From Barthelona sp. PCE (Eukaryota), in contig JAUFOR010000008.1 of assembly GCA_040285745.1 (NCBI GenBank), positions 186,001 through 250,000 on the forward strand: a stretch of 64,000 nt of DNA, given 5' to 3'. A model generated the notes under the pieces. It was not told the origin of the DNA and searched no databases. It worked only from the letters and a program-made list of their open reading frames with translations. Within the stretch, counting starts at the first letter, position 1. Every line of letters starts with the position of its first letter. Positions 1-11,311 of the stretch are shown one piece after another. A program made the position numbers and the translations under genes.

Positions 1-2
1 CA

Positions 3-1610
3 ACCGTAAGTGAAGTTTTCCAGACGGTCAATTTCGACGTTGCATTCCAGTGCTACGAGGGTTTATGCGAGCGCGTACTCGCTGATGGTAACTCCGGTGA
101 GTTGTGCGCCCTGTACGCCATCACTCGTCCCGTTACTATGTCTCTGACTAACTCAGAAAACAAAGAGGAAAGAGTGATGTTCATCAGTTCATTGCTGAGT
201 TTGGAGATCAGTAGCGACGATGAGGTGTATACTGTCGTTGGAGCTGCTTGGTCAAAGACCTTTCAGTACTTTTTGTCGTACTTTAAGCAGTACGAAATCG
301 ATGCCGTCCCTTACCTGGAGAATTGTATCACGCTTATCAAGGCTGGACTGCCCACACTGGATACGGTTATGGCCCGCTTCATTAGCCTCATAGACGTCAA
401 CTACGATATGTACGAGCAGCTGTTTTTCATGTTCACTGAGATAATCAGTCACAACACAATGATTAACAACCACTTCAAGGAGAGCGAGCTGGTCGACGAG
501 GACGAAGGTGTGTGTGAGCGCAAGAACTCAGGGTTGATCAAGTCGCTCGCCACTATATTGACGTTGGTGAAGATTGATGACTTTGAGGAACACGTTAACG
601 CTGCGCTTATTGTTGAAAATGATTTTGTTGAGACATACAAGCGTATCTCAGACTTTATCTCAAAGTGTACGATCCCCAACCCAGACGTAAGAGGCATCAT
701 TATCCCATTCGAACACATGAGCGAGTATGTTGTTAATCTGGTTAATATCATGATTGAGAGCTATGAGAGCGCTGATGACGAAGAAATGGAGAGCCTGCTG
801 TCTCTGAGAGACGCTGTCAAAAAGCTAATTGAAATATTTGGAAAAGACATGCCCCTATCGATCATCAAGGGTTTCACCAATATTCTGAAGGACATTGGCA
901 CGTGCGTCACTGCCCGCTACAGCCTCATGGTCTTGGATTGCTTCTTGAACAAGCATCTTGGTCCAGAATTCTTTGATGGATACTTCAGTGAATGCTATCA
1001 AGAACTGTTTGAGTTTGCTTGTGAGCTCTTCATGGAGAACTGCGACGGCAACTTCCTGGTTCCTGAGAACATTATTGGTGATGATGTTCGCGAGCTCATT
1101 GGATTAAAACGACAATTCGTAGCCACATTGGTTCGATTCCTTCGAGAGGGTGTTTTCGATAGCGTTGAGCTTGATGACAACTACTTCTTGTACAGAATGA
1201 TTGAGGGTGTCACTGAAAATTCGTGCAACACACTCCGTAAACAATGCCTGAATGGGTTGAGGGATTTGATGACATCCAGTGCAGAGAAAGGTGACTCAAC
1301 CTTCTTTGACATCGTTGCCACCACAGAAGTTATTTCGAGCATCTTCACCATCCCGTTTACAAAGGCCGACAAGAACACACACAGTTTTACCAGTATTTGC
1401 AGAATGATTGCCGATCTTTTTAGGACGCTATATACGTGCAACAATGATGTAGTTCAAGTAATTGGGCAGGTTATGACTGAGCTCGAAGAGTATAGCCAGA
1501 TGTCAGCGGAGATGTTTTGTGAGTATCTTGCCGATACCAAATTGTATCGTAAGAAGTGTAGTACTGCTATTCAGCGTGTTTACAAATCGTTAATGGAGGA
1601 GCGTGAATAA
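3..1610 (+). CDS. Hypothetical alpha-helical (ARM/HEAT-like) protein, 5'-truncated
   Basis: Frame is open from base 3 to TGA-free TAA end at 1610; helical, acidic composition; no motif recognised. Confidence 0.6.
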   Translation, partial: TVSEVFQTVNFDVAFQCYEGLCERVLADGNSGELCALYAITRPVTMSLTNSENKEERVMFISSLLSLEISSDDEVYTVVGAAWSKTFQYFLSYFKQYEIDAVPYLENCITLIKAGLPTLDTVMARFISLIDVNYDMYEQLFFMFTEIISHNTMINNHFKESELVDEDEGVCERKNSGLIKSLATILTLVKIDDFEEHVNAALIVENDFVETYKRISDFISKCTIPNPDVRGIIIPFEHMSEYVVNLVNIMIESYESADDEEMESLLSLRDAVKKLIEIFGKDMPLSIIKGFTNILKDIGTCVTARYSLMVLDCFLNKHLGPEFFDGYFSECYQELFEFACELFMENCDGNFLVPENIIGDDVRELIGLKRQFVATLVRFLREGVFDSVELDDNYFLYRMIEGVTENSCNTLRKQCLNGLRDLMTSSAEKGDSTFFDIVATTEVISSIFTIPFTKADKNTHSFTSICRMIADLFRTLYTCNNDVVQVIGQVMTELEEYSQMSAEMFCEYLADTKLYRKKCSTAIQRVYKSLMEERE

Positions 1611-1613
1611 ATT

Positions 1614-3455
1614 TTATCGGAGTAACCTCAGCGTGGCATCAGACTTTGGACCCGATGAAAATGACAGTCGAGGTGGAATACTAATGGTGTTGTGCATGGG
1701 CGGATCAACCTCTCGCATGTCTTCCATGAATAAAACCTTCCTGAAATGTTCCTTAGCTTCGCGAAGTTTACGCGCTTTATCCTGCTGCTCAATATGACGG
1801 GTGAAGCCCTGAACAACAATAGGCTTTCCGCTGCTGGTGGGTAACTGCGTTTGTTGAGGTACAAATGTGCATTCCGTTTGCTTATCGGCTTCGATTCTCT
1901 GTTTCTTCGTCTGTAACTTCTGCTTCCTCCTCTTAAGCATCTCAGATATGCGCGTGTCCAGGTTTTCTGTGTCATTAACGTTAAGCGAGTACTTACTCCT
2001 CTTCTTGAGAGTCTTTGGGCTGGTAAACTTCTCGGGCTTAAACGTACATGCGCGGGGAAGCGGTGCCACCTTCGGCTGCGTCTTTCCCTTTGTTATGTTC
2101 ATCTCTCGCATGACCTTAGACTGGCCTATCTCGCGGGAATGATCATCGATCTTTGGTTTAAACATACCCTCAGTGCTCTTCTTCTCCAGGTGTTTCTGTA
2201 CAAGCCTGCGGTGCTCTGCATCCTTCAGGTACAGGCGTTGGATCCTCTCCTCGTCAGTCTCGTTGATAGCATAATGGTTAGCGTGCTTCAACAGATCAAC
2301 GTTAATTTGCGGTTCGAATGTGAACTTCGGCTCAAGCTCCTTTTGTAGCTGCAGTTCCTTAACCCGCTTGTTCTTGTCGTAGAAGCGCATTCTTTGATCG
2401 AAATCACCGAGATGTTCGACCAAAATCTTCGAGTTCGGATTCACATCTGGCTTGTGCTTTAGCTGTGGCTTATACTTCTTTGAGTTAAACACAGGCTTCT
2501 CGTATGCCAAAATGGACTTGCGCTTTCTGGTTGAAGCAAGTAGCTCACTACCTTTCGAAATTTTTGGCTTAAAGGTGTTCTTCTTCTCCTCTTCTTCCTC
2601 CATTTCAAGACGTAGACGGTGTAGACGCTCTGTTTTACGACGTTTTTCTTCTGAAAAACGCTCAAAAATCGGTTTTTGATTTGAAACTTTCGAAGAAAAA
2701 GCCTTCTTTCTCTTATTAGTCCTAGGAGTAAAACTATACTTTTCAATTTCACTCTCCAACATCATATGCTTTTGCCTCTCACGCTCTTCCACCCTGTTCT
2801 TGTGCTTCATTCCACTTTTTAAAAGTGTAGAACGAGTTAAAACTCCTTCATTACTGTATTCACGTATTCTGGGCTTAAAAGTACATTCAGCCAATTCTTG
2901 TGATTGCATTTGATTACGCTGTTGAGCTCTACGCTGATATTCTGAAGTTTTAGGTCTCGCAAGATGTTGAAGTCTGTCTGCGTGCCTCTTAACATCGTAC
3001 TGTTTCTTTCCCTTCTTCTTCTTCTTACCGTGTGTAGGTTTTCTACTAGAAAAAACAAGAGGTGAGTCCGTCTTGTCAGATACAAGGCTCTCACGTCTTT
3101 GCATATGTTTCTTTTTGGGTTTTTCAGTTGAAATATCATCCTCCAAAATATCTTCACTTTCATCGATTATGTCCATTTCGATATGGTCTTCCGCTTTTCC
3201 GGGTGAACTTACCTGTTCGATGATCATTTGCGGCGACTCTGGCTCCTCAAAATGAGATTTTTGCTTTTCTGATGGTAAGGAGAGTATCTGTGCTGGTTTT
3301 ATATGGCTCTGTCCCTTATCCTGTCTGTGCTGCTGCAATAAACGTTGCACAATATCTTCGCGTCGCTCTTTGCTCAATCGTTGAGGAATATTCACATCTA
3401 TATGATTTTCAATGTAGCTATTTTCCTCTTCCATTGATTCGTAGGTCGAGGACAT
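1614..3455 (-). CDS. Basic coiled-coil protein with ~8 (C)TFxP repeats, probably cytoskeletal
   Basis: First ATG at 3455; repeats ECTFKP, YSFTP, NTFKP, FTFEP, MFKP, ACTFKP, ECTFVP. Confidence 0.65.
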   Translation of the reverse strand: MSSTYESMEEENSYIENHIDVNIPQRLSKERREDIVQRLLQQHRQDKGQSHIKPAQILSLPSEKQKSHFEEPESPQMIIEQVSSPGKAEDHIEMDIIDESEDILEDDISTEKPKKKHMQRRESLVSDKTDSPLVFSSRKPTHGKKKKKGKKQYDVKRHADRLQHLARPKTSEYQRRAQQRNQMQSQELAECTFKPRIREYSNEGVLTRSTLLKSGMKHKNRVEERERQKHMMLESEIEKYSFTPRTNKRKKAFSSKVSNQKPIFERFSEEKRRKTERLHRLRLEMEEEEEKKNTFKPKISKGSELLASTRKRKSILAYEKPVFNSKKYKPQLKHKPDVNPNSKILVEHLGDFDQRMRFYDKNKRVKELQLQKELEPKFTFEPQINVDLLKHANHYAINETDEERIQRLYLKDAEHRRLVQKHLEKKSTEGMFKPKIDDHSREIGQSKVMREMNITKGKTQPKVAPLPRACTFKPEKFTSPKTLKKRSKYSLNVNDTENLDTRISEMLKRRKQKLQTKKQRIEADKQTECTFVPQQTQLPTSSGKPIVVQGFTRHIEQQDKARKLREAKEHFRKVLFMEDMREVDPPMHNTISIPPRLSFSSGPKSDATLRLLR

Positions 3456-3663
3456 CCAGTGCGGTTGCAAAGAAAAATAAAAAAAGTGTAAAGAAGATGG
3501 TAAAATTTGTTAAAGCAAAATGCCTGAACTTACTTTATTCTTATTTTCACTATTTCTCGAACGAATTTGGATTTTATTCACCTTTAAAACGTATCCACCC
3601 ATCTAAACAATAACAGATCAGCTAAATAAGCTCAATACACTATTCGTACCCTTTCAAAGAACA

Positions 3664-5358
3664 ATGCGATTCATTCGTTCAACGACAGAGGGCATCCAGA
3701 TGCTCAACTTCAGCGGCAATCAATTTGAAGTTGACCCATCATTCCAGACTATCCCCACTTCACTTACTCAGCCTGTGAGCGATGTATCTATCTCAGCTGA
3801 CAAGAGCATCGCGGGCATTGCGACCAACACACACTTTAGGTTGATTAATATTGAAACAAACACTTTGATCCTGGAAGAAGCTCTTAAATCAGTAGTTGGA
3901 TGTGTATTTTCTCCGGACAGCCGCTTCTGCGCCATGTTTCAACGCCTCTCCCCACGCCTCATGAGGGAAAGGGCGAGAAAAACAAATAAGAAGAGCAAGT
4001 ATCTTGTTGTTGAAAATAACTTTAGGTTCTATAACTGTGAAAATGGTGAGGAAGTGTTCAGGACTACGCTAGACGCTGCAATTGTCAACGATAAGTGGCC
4101 AATTTTCTTTTTCAATGATACCAACCATCTTTTTGTTTTCGCAAACACTTGTCTAATTTTTGATTTTGAATGTAATCAATTAATCGAGCCGTTTGGCAAA
4201 CTCCGCTTCATGAAGCAATCACAATGCGACAAAAATTTGTTTATTATGTGTACTGCTAACATGGTTAAACTTGTACGTTTTGACCCTGATTTATTGACAT
4301 TCATCATTCTACAAACCTTTGAGGTGCAGAAGTTCGACGATATAGCAGTTCAGTTTGTACCTGATCGTGCTTTCTGTTTAATCCACACTAATGACACTAA
4401 TGATCGTTTCTATCACGGTGCTAATATTTTAGTTGTAATGGATGAAACAAAGAGTACAAGATTGAAGTTTGACAACGTTCATTCATTTGATATTCACAAA
4501 TCAAACAAGCTGATGGCTGTTGTAAGTGGTAATCCAAGAACTTTATACGTATATAATATTGAAACTCGTTTCAACTGTATAGCTGACGATGAGGTGGACG
4601 GAAACCATGTTGCTTTCTCCCCGAATGGGCAATTCCTGACCGTCACTGCCACAAAGGGTTCAGGAGCAAACACAGTTGTCTACTCAGTGGATGATGCACT
4701 TGATTGTATCAGAGGGTGGCGCCGATTCTACGTTGAGGACGCATGTTCTTTTAAGTGGACAACAGACAGCCAATATATGATGTGGACTGTCTATTATCCC
4801 CGAATGAAGGAGGGAAATTGCGTCTTTGTGTACAGTTGCTTAACTGGTGAGCGTGTGCTAAAGGATACGTTTTCCAATCTATTCAGTATTAGAGAGATCA
4901 ACAGTGACGCTGTTGACGTCAAATATGAGCTTGACGATCGCGCCCGGTCAATGAATATGCAGGTCGTCTCGGCTACCACATTTACCGCACAGGTCTCTGT
5001 AACACAGTCTACAACAGTCACAAAGAAGCCTGTTGCAAGGATTCCAGGCCTCTCTGCCGCACAACAGCAGAGCCAATCAAAGCTTGAGGTGCAACCTCAG
5101 AACGTATCGCCACAACCTCCTGTTGAACTTGGGCTGCCTGATTATGTATTTGAAATGATGGGAGTTGCTGAACCGTCTGTCAAGAAGGAGATGAAGTCTT
5201 TGTTGAAGAAGATCAAAAACGCAGAAAAAGCTCTACGTCGACCAGTGGCTGATCGACGACCGATTCAATTGAAATTTATTGCTGAGAAGCCTGCTAACAT
5301 CGATAGGATCATCAACCTCGCAAGAGATGTGCATTTAGCTCGTGAGGATAGTAAATAA
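3664..5358 (+). CDS. EIF2A: eIF2A-like WD40 beta-propeller
   Basis: FSPNG repeat; PRMKEGN resembles eIF2A PRLRVDN; C-terminal basic helix. Confidence 0.65.
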   Translation: MRFIRSTTEGIQMLNFSGNQFEVDPSFQTIPTSLTQPVSDVSISADKSIAGIATNTHFRLINIETNTLILEEALKSVVGCVFSPDSRFCAMFQRLSPRLMRERARKTNKKSKYLVVENNFRFYNCENGEEVFRTTLDAAIVNDKWPIFFFNDTNHLFVFANTCLIFDFECNQLIEPFGKLRFMKQSQCDKNLFIMCTANMVKLVRFDPDLLTFIILQTFEVQKFDDIAVQFVPDRAFCLIHTNDTNDRFYHGANILVVMDETKSTRLKFDNVHSFDIHKSNKLMAVVSGNPRTLYVYNIETRFNCIADDEVDGNHVAFSPNGQFLTVTATKGSGANTVVYSVDDALDCIRGWRRFYVEDACSFKWTTDSQYMMWTVYYPRMKEGNCVFVYSCLTGERVLKDTFSNLFSIREINSDAVDVKYELDDRARSMNMQVVSATTFTAQVSVTQSTTVTKKPVARIPGLSAAQQQSQSKLEVQPQNVSPQPPVELGLPDYVFEMMGVAEPSVKKEMKSLLKKIKNAEKALRRPVADRRPIQLKFIAEKPANIDRIINLARDVHLAREDSK

Positions 5359-5411
5359 TTACATTTCTTCTTGTAATCCGTTTTCCCCCTTTACACTTAC
5401 TATTTCCAATT

Positions 5412-7667
5412 ATGGATGGGTTTTACGAGCAAATAGATCAGGTTGAATCTCTCTCCGGTGTGCGTTTGCCCTGGACGGTTTTCCCAAGCACAAAAAATAA
5501 TGCAAAGAATCTCCCCATACCAGTAAGTGCATTCTACACACCAATGAAGGATGTTGACGGGCTTTTACTGGCGAAAACAAGACCTTGCATTTGCTTAAAG
5601 TGTGGTGCATATCTCAATCCTTTTTGTGCTGGAGATCTCCAGCAAAGACGGTGGATTTGTCAGTTCTGCAACACGGGAAACTCCCTCCCCGAGGAGATTG
5701 TGCAAAATCCAAGTGTATTAGATGCCAAACACATGACATGTGAGTATGTTCTAGGGAATAACGCGCATACACCGTTTTACCTCTTTATCATCGATACAAA
5801 CCAGCCGCTGAATATCTTGGACCAGCTCAAGACAACCATATTGCGTACACTTGACTACATGCCACCAGAAGCCCAGATTGGACTCATAACTTACTCTGAA
5901 AACGTGCTTTTGTGGGATTTGCAGTCAGAAGGGCTCCCACGATCCTATGTCTTTGATGGCGAGGAGATCCCGAGCGACGGTGATTTCGAGGGGACGCTGA
6001 GATCTTTGTTTGATATAGCTCAATCATTCATCAGACCTGTTGGTGACTGTGTGTTTGCATTTAGTGAACTGTTGGATGCAGTCTTCCGCAGCGTCCCCAG
6101 TTCGCAATTGGGCAACTACTGTAGAAGTTGTGCAGGTGTCGCACTTGGAATTGCGCATAAAATCGTGGAGAAGTTATGTCATGGACAGACTGGACGAGTT
6201 CTGCTTTTCAACGCGAATCCAATCACCCACGGCAAGGGTCTCTTCGCGGAAATCGACAAACGCAAGACGTTGCGCACACATCTTGATCTGAAGGAGCATA
6301 ACGCCCCACACACAAAGAGTTCAAGAAATTTCTTCCGCCAACTTGCTGATAAATTTTGCGATATAGGTGTTTCTGTTGACGTGTGGTCGGCTTCGGTGCG
6401 CCAGACAGGTGTTTATGAAATGGTTGAGGTCTTTGAGCGCACGGGAGGACATTGTTTCATGTGTGATCGGTTCACTGACGATATTTTCACATCTTCTCTG
6501 CTTAAATCGTTCGCCAGGGCCGGGGGAATAGGCCATAGTGGACTTTACGAGGATGTAGAGGCGCAATCAATAGTTGGAATCCCGTGCGTCTTCAACGCTA
6601 AGATCAAAGTACAGACCCCACCTTATATAGTCTTTAAGGGGCTTGTTGACAACAGAGAGCCAACTGAGAAGGATGGAAACGAGTTCTTTGTTGGACAGCT
6701 CACTCCCAATTCAACATTTGCATTTGTTTTCGACATTGACGAGTCTCTTGGTACACAGAATTTCAGCGCGCGGCCCTACAGGTATATTCAATTTACAACT
6801 CAGTACACACACCCTAACGGGAAAATGGTACTGCGTGTTACTACAATTGCTGTTAACTGGAATGTGAGCAACAATATGAACGAGCTCGTTAAAGGCTTTG
6901 ACCAGGAGGCAGCCGCTGTTCTGTTGGCAAGAATGGCAACAAAGATTATGCGGGAGACAGCAGAGCACGATGAGGCACGAATATACGTGGATCGCACTGT
7001 TGTTGATCTATGCTCCCTTTTTAGCTCTTACACCATCAATGTTCCCAGTTCAGTCACGTTCCCGCAGACCATGACCAATTTCCCACAGTTCTCCTTCTAC
7101 CTCCGACGTAACGTTCTACTCAGTAACTTCAACGAAAGCCCCGATGAAACAACTTACAAGCGTTATATCTTTGAGCGCTGCACTGTTAACGATAGTCTCG
7201 TCATCATCCAGCCGACGCTGACTAAATACTCGATGGATTCTACGGAATCTGTACTGCTTGATATCAGCAGTCTGCAGCGAGAGTGTTTATTGGTATTGGA
7301 TACCTACTATACAGTGTTATTGCACTATGATGAAGAGTTCAAAAACTGGAGAGCTATGAACTACCACGAGGAAGAGGGTTTCAGCTGGTTCGGAGATCTG
7401 ATTGCTAGTGCTGATGAACACGCCAGATCTATATTAAATGAGCGCTGGCCGACACCAGTGCTACACTTCACACACCCCAATCACAGCCAAATGCGCTTTC
7501 TGAAGAGTATCCTGAACCCTCCAAGTCTTGCTGTTCGTGGACAAACGCGCCCAACTGGAAACTCACAGAACATGCCATTCACTTCCAAGGGGAACCCGTT
7601 AAAGACGTCGGACGTCAGCTACAGCGACTTTATGGAATCACTCAGGGGTCTCATAACAAAGCCATGA
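5412..7667 (+). CDS. SEC23: COPII coat subunit Sec23
   Basis: GVRLPW, zinc finger CxxCGAYLNPFC...WICQFC, GFDQEAAAVL, FNESPDET, SDVS. Confidence 0.95.
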   Translation: MDGFYEQIDQVESLSGVRLPWTVFPSTKNNAKNLPIPVSAFYTPMKDVDGLLLAKTRPCICLKCGAYLNPFCAGDLQQRRWICQFCNTGNSLPEEIVQNPSVLDAKHMTCEYVLGNNAHTPFYLFIIDTNQPLNILDQLKTTILRTLDYMPPEAQIGLITYSENVLLWDLQSEGLPRSYVFDGEEIPSDGDFEGTLRSLFDIAQSFIRPVGDCVFAFSELLDAVFRSVPSSQLGNYCRSCAGVALGIAHKIVEKLCHGQTGRVLLFNANPITHGKGLFAEIDKRKTLRTHLDLKEHNAPHTKSSRNFFRQLADKFCDIGVSVDVWSASVRQTGVYEMVEVFERTGGHCFMCDRFTDDIFTSSLLKSFARAGGIGHSGLYEDVEAQSIVGIPCVFNAKIKVQTPPYIVFKGLVDNREPTEKDGNEFFVGQLTPNSTFAFVFDIDESLGTQNFSARPYRYIQFTTQYTHPNGKMVLRVTTIAVNWNVSNNMNELVKGFDQEAAAVLLARMATKIMRETAEHDEARIYVDRTVVDLCSLFSSYTINVPSSVTFPQTMTNFPQFSFYLRRNVLLSNFNESPDETTYKRYIFERCTVNDSLVIIQPTLTKYSMDSTESVLLDISSLQRECLLVLDTYYTVLLHYDEEFKNWRAMNYHEEEGFSWFGDLIASADEHARSILNERWPTPVLHFTHPNHSQMRFLKSILNPPSLAVRGQTRPTGNSQNMPFTSKGNPLKTSDVSYSDFMESLRGLITKP

Positions 7668-7674
7668 TAGTAAA

Positions 7675-8295
7675 TCAATCACTCACCCATTCCATAAATC
7701 TTGCTGTGATCTTCTTCTTAACGTTATATATTGATGGGCGCGTGTTTAGTACCATCACGAATGCATCATGGCAGTCTGATGAATTGTAAACACCACGTTC
7801 AACTGAACATTGAATGAACTGATGACGCTCATAAAAGCGAATTGCTGCTTCGTTATTACATTTGACGTGGCAGTAGAAAATGTCAACGGTATCATTGTAA
7901 TACTTAATCCACTGTTCAATGATAAGAGATCCTAATCCGAGATTTCTGAAATTCTGACGAACTGCAATCTCTGAGAGGTACAAACAGCTGGCTCTGGGGG
8001 CAAACAGCGAAGATAAGCGGCGGCTTACCTTTAAAGAACAGCGTAATGGTGCCGCATGACCAAAAAAAGCAAAAGCTCCTACAAATTCATCATTTATGTG
8101 GATAAGAGCTGTTGTAAATTTGCCCAAAAACTTGTAAAACTCTTCGTTGTAACTCACTACAAAGCATTCATCGAAGAGATTACGAAGCAGATCCCGATGT
8201 TCATCATAAATATATCTGTTGACCATAATACGTTGATTGGGCGCCATATTCTCAACCAACCACGCTTCCAGGTTGCTATAATAACAATTGGACAT
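7675..8295 (-). CDS. GNAT N-acetyltransferase (Naa50/Naa60-like)
   Basis: FVVSYNEEFY, FRNLGLGS, HVKCNNEAAIRFY. Confidence 0.8.
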   Translation of the reverse strand: MSNCYYSNLEAWLVENMAPNQRIMVNRYIYDEHRDLLRNLFDECFVVSYNEEFYKFLGKFTTALIHINDEFVGAFAFFGHAAPLRCSLKVSRRLSSLFAPRASCLYLSEIAVRQNFRNLGLGSLIIEQWIKYYNDTVDIFYCHVKCNNEAAIRFYERHQFIQCSVERGVYNSSDCHDAFVMVLNTRPSIYNVKKKITARFMEWVSD

Positions 8296-8452
8296 AAGGT
8301 GGGCCTCGATTGGAGTAAAAGAAAGGGAAGCATTTTCATAACTTTAATCATGACTACCGCACTGCAAACTAGTTTTCATACCCTGAAAATACTATGTGAA
8401 ACCTAAAGACAAAAAGAGCTTAGCTTTTTGTTTTATTTCCTTTCTAAATATA

Positions 8453-10954
8453 ATGTCCGGGCTTGATTTTGGTGCGCAAAATGCTGTTCTTGCTTCTTGT
8501 GGACGCAAGACAGTTGATATCGTTTTAAACGAAGGTGGAAAACGTTACACTCCTACTATGGTTGTTTACACACGTAAGGATCGTCTCATTGGTACAAAGA
8601 CCATTGGAAAACGCCGTAGATTCGTTGAAAACACTGCTGATAATATTAAGCGCATTGTAGGTGTACCATTTGATACAGATGTTGTTCGTGAAGATGCCAA
8701 GCATCGTGCTGCGAAGCTGGTCGCCTCCCCTGAGGGAAACGTCGCATTCAAGATGAAGATTCGCACTCCTGAGGGTCTTAAAAGACAGAACATTCGCATT
8801 GAGAGAATAATGGCAATGATTCTCCGTGACGTCCACATGACTGACGGCTGCCCTGGAGACGTCGCTATCGCCGTTCCTCAGTGGTATTCGATCCAGCAAC
8901 GTACTGCCGTGCTCGATGCATGCAAGATCGCAAAGGTGAACGCACATATCGTCGATGAAACGAGTGCCCTCGCCTTTACCTATTCGTTGAAGAACAGAAT
9001 GCTGATCCCTGGTGCTGAATCTGAGCCCACCAACGTCCTGTTTGTTGATATGGGACATTCATCAACACAGTTCTGCCTTGCAAAGATCAAGCAGGGCTTC
9101 GTCGAGATTAACCAGACTCGCTCACTGATGCTCGGTGGTGAGGACTTCACAGCCAACCTGGCTGGCGCCCTCATGTCTGAGTTCAAGGATCGCCACCCTG
9201 ATTACGCAGAGGACATCACCAAGAAGTCCGTTGCACGTATGGAGGAAGCTGCTGAGCACGCCAAGGTGCACCTGTCCACAAACACTGAGGCAGACATCTT
9301 TGTGGAGAACATTGTTGTTGATTTTGAGTATTCCGCCGAGGTTACTCGCGACTTCTTCGAGGAAATTAACGCCGATCTGTTCTCTCGCTTCGAAGCTGAG
9401 TGTGCTTCACTCAAGAACGAACTGGAGACCATTGATTCAATCGTAATCGTTGGTGGTTCCATTCGAATTCCCAAGATCATGCACATCCTCACAGAGTCAT
9501 TCGGACTAGAGCTGAAGCGTACCCTCAACCAGGAGGAGTCTATTGCGACCGGTGCTGCGCTTTACTGTGCCAACCTTCTTCCCCGATTCCATGTTACTGA
9601 GACCAAGCTAAAGTTCCCATGCTCACATGATGTCATCCTTCGTTATGGCGAAGACAAAACAGTGAAGATGTTCAGTGAAGGTGAGGCCGTCCCCGAGACA
9701 AAGGCTGTGCCTGTTTCTGCTGTTGAAGAATTCCAGCTCGAATACGGAGGTGAGGTTCTCACATATACTCCCCAGAAGTTCGATAAGGACGAGAACACCA
9801 AACTGAGAGTCACTGTGCACTTTGATGGCATGGCTTCGGTCACAAAGCTCGAGGTTGTGCAAAAGGAGTTCAAGACCATCAAGGTTCCCAAGAAGAAGGA
9901 TGAGGGCTCCGAAGAGTCTAGTGAGGAGTCATCCAAAGAGGAGGAAGAAGAGATGGAAGAACAAGTTAAGACGGTCGTAACCAAGACCCAGATCGGATTT
10001 ACCACAAGTTCAAAATACGCACTTCCCGCCGAGATAATCGAAGAAGAGACAGCTGCTGAGGATGCTCTTCGTGAGGCAGAGATGATCGTTGAGCGCACTG
10101 CAGATGCCCGTAATCGTCTTGAGACCACATGCTACAACTACAAGAACTACATCGAAGGTGAGGAGAGCATGTACTTCACTGATAAGGCACAAGCAAAGAT
10201 GTTGCAGCGCTCTGCCGAGCTGCTCGAGTGGCTGTATAACGAGGGGCGCCAGGCTACCCTTCAAGATTACGAGGAGAAACTTGCATGGATTGAGGCTCCT
10301 GCTAAGAAGGGTGTATCATCTATGTCTGCTTGGCGCATGCTTCCCGTCGCAATTTCTGATGGTCGTGCGTTCCTTGAGAATCCTAAAACCGCAGAAGCAC
10401 TTGCACAGCTGAAGGATACCATCAAATATGATGAGATCTTAAAAACCCCTGTCGACAACTATCAAAAAGTAGTTGAGCTATACGATAAGATGACGGAAGC
10501 TATGGAGTCAGCCAACTTTTCAAAAATGCCAAAGGTTGACGCTGCGGATCTAGAGAAGGCGATCGTCAAATACAAGAAGTCTATAAAGGAGGCTGAAGTT
10601 GCACAGAAGGTCAAGGATGCTACCATCAAGCGTGATCGTGAGGAAGCAGAACGTAAGGTGAGAGTTGATGCACTTCGCAAGAAAAATAGAGCGATTGAGA
10701 TTTTTAACAAGTCTTTTTCAGAAAATGCTGAACTACCCATGGAGGAGCGTCTTCAACACATCAAGGACACTTTAGAAGAGCGTGACCAGATGGAGATTGA
10801 CGAGATTAAGGAGATTATTGAGACCCACCTGAAGCAACTTGCTGATCAAGCAAAGAAGGCTGCTGAAGATGCTCAAAAGAAGCAGGAAGAGGGTACTGAA
10901 TCCCCCAAACCTGAAGAAGAATCAGAAACAGAGAAAATGGAAGCAACAGAATAA
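8453..10954 (+). CDS. Hsp110/Sse-type Hsp70-family chaperone
   Basis: MSGLDFG, VDMGHSS, GGSIRIP, TLNQEESIATGAA, DARNRLE; ATG at 8453. Confidence 0.9.
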   Translation: MSGLDFGAQNAVLASCGRKTVDIVLNEGGKRYTPTMVVYTRKDRLIGTKTIGKRRRFVENTADNIKRIVGVPFDTDVVREDAKHRAAKLVASPEGNVAFKMKIRTPEGLKRQNIRIERIMAMILRDVHMTDGCPGDVAIAVPQWYSIQQRTAVLDACKIAKVNAHIVDETSALAFTYSLKNRMLIPGAESEPTNVLFVDMGHSSTQFCLAKIKQGFVEINQTRSLMLGGEDFTANLAGALMSEFKDRHPDYAEDITKKSVARMEEAAEHAKVHLSTNTEADIFVENIVVDFEYSAEVTRDFFEEINADLFSRFEAECASLKNELETIDSIVIVGGSIRIPKIMHILTESFGLELKRTLNQEESIATGAALYCANLLPRFHVTETKLKFPCSHDVILRYGEDKTVKMFSEGEAVPETKAVPVSAVEEFQLEYGGEVLTYTPQKFDKDENTKLRVTVHFDGMASVTKLEVVQKEFKTIKVPKKKDEGSEESSEESSKEEEEEMEEQVKTVVTKTQIGFTTSSKYALPAEIIEEETAAEDALREAEMIVERTADARNRLETTCYNYKNYIEGEESMYFTDKAQAKMLQRSAELLEWLYNEGRQATLQDYEEKLAWIEAPAKKGVSSMSAWRMLPVAISDGRAFLENPKTAEALAQLKDTIKYDEILKTPVDNYQKVVELYDKMTEAMESANFSKMPKVDAADLEKAIVKYKKSIKEAEVAQKVKDATIKRDREEAERKVRVDALRKKNRAIEIFNKSFSENAELPMEERLQHIKDTLEERDQMEIDEIKEIIETHLKQLADQAKKAAEDAQKKQEEGTESPKPEEESETEKMEATE

Positions 10955-11311
10955 AAATAACGGTAATTTACTTCTTCGAATGTACTAGTTCTAAACTGAA
11001 CAGTTATCAAACTATGCTACAAAACACGTATTATATTACACTTAAGTGCATAACTTTTTCCAGTGTAGTTACTACTGAGTTAATTAACTTAAGAGAAATC
11101 AAAATATATGAATATAATACTATTCGAAATTGAAAATTGAGTTTCAAATGATGAGAACGAAAAAATGAGATAATATATATCACAGGCTCCATTAAACACT
11201 ATTCTTTCACGGTAGTTATATTGTTTTGTGTGTGAGAAAGATTAGAATAGGAAAGAATAGTGTAAAACATATTTGAGGTGTGAAGATGAACATCATTTGT
11301 AAACAAAATAA

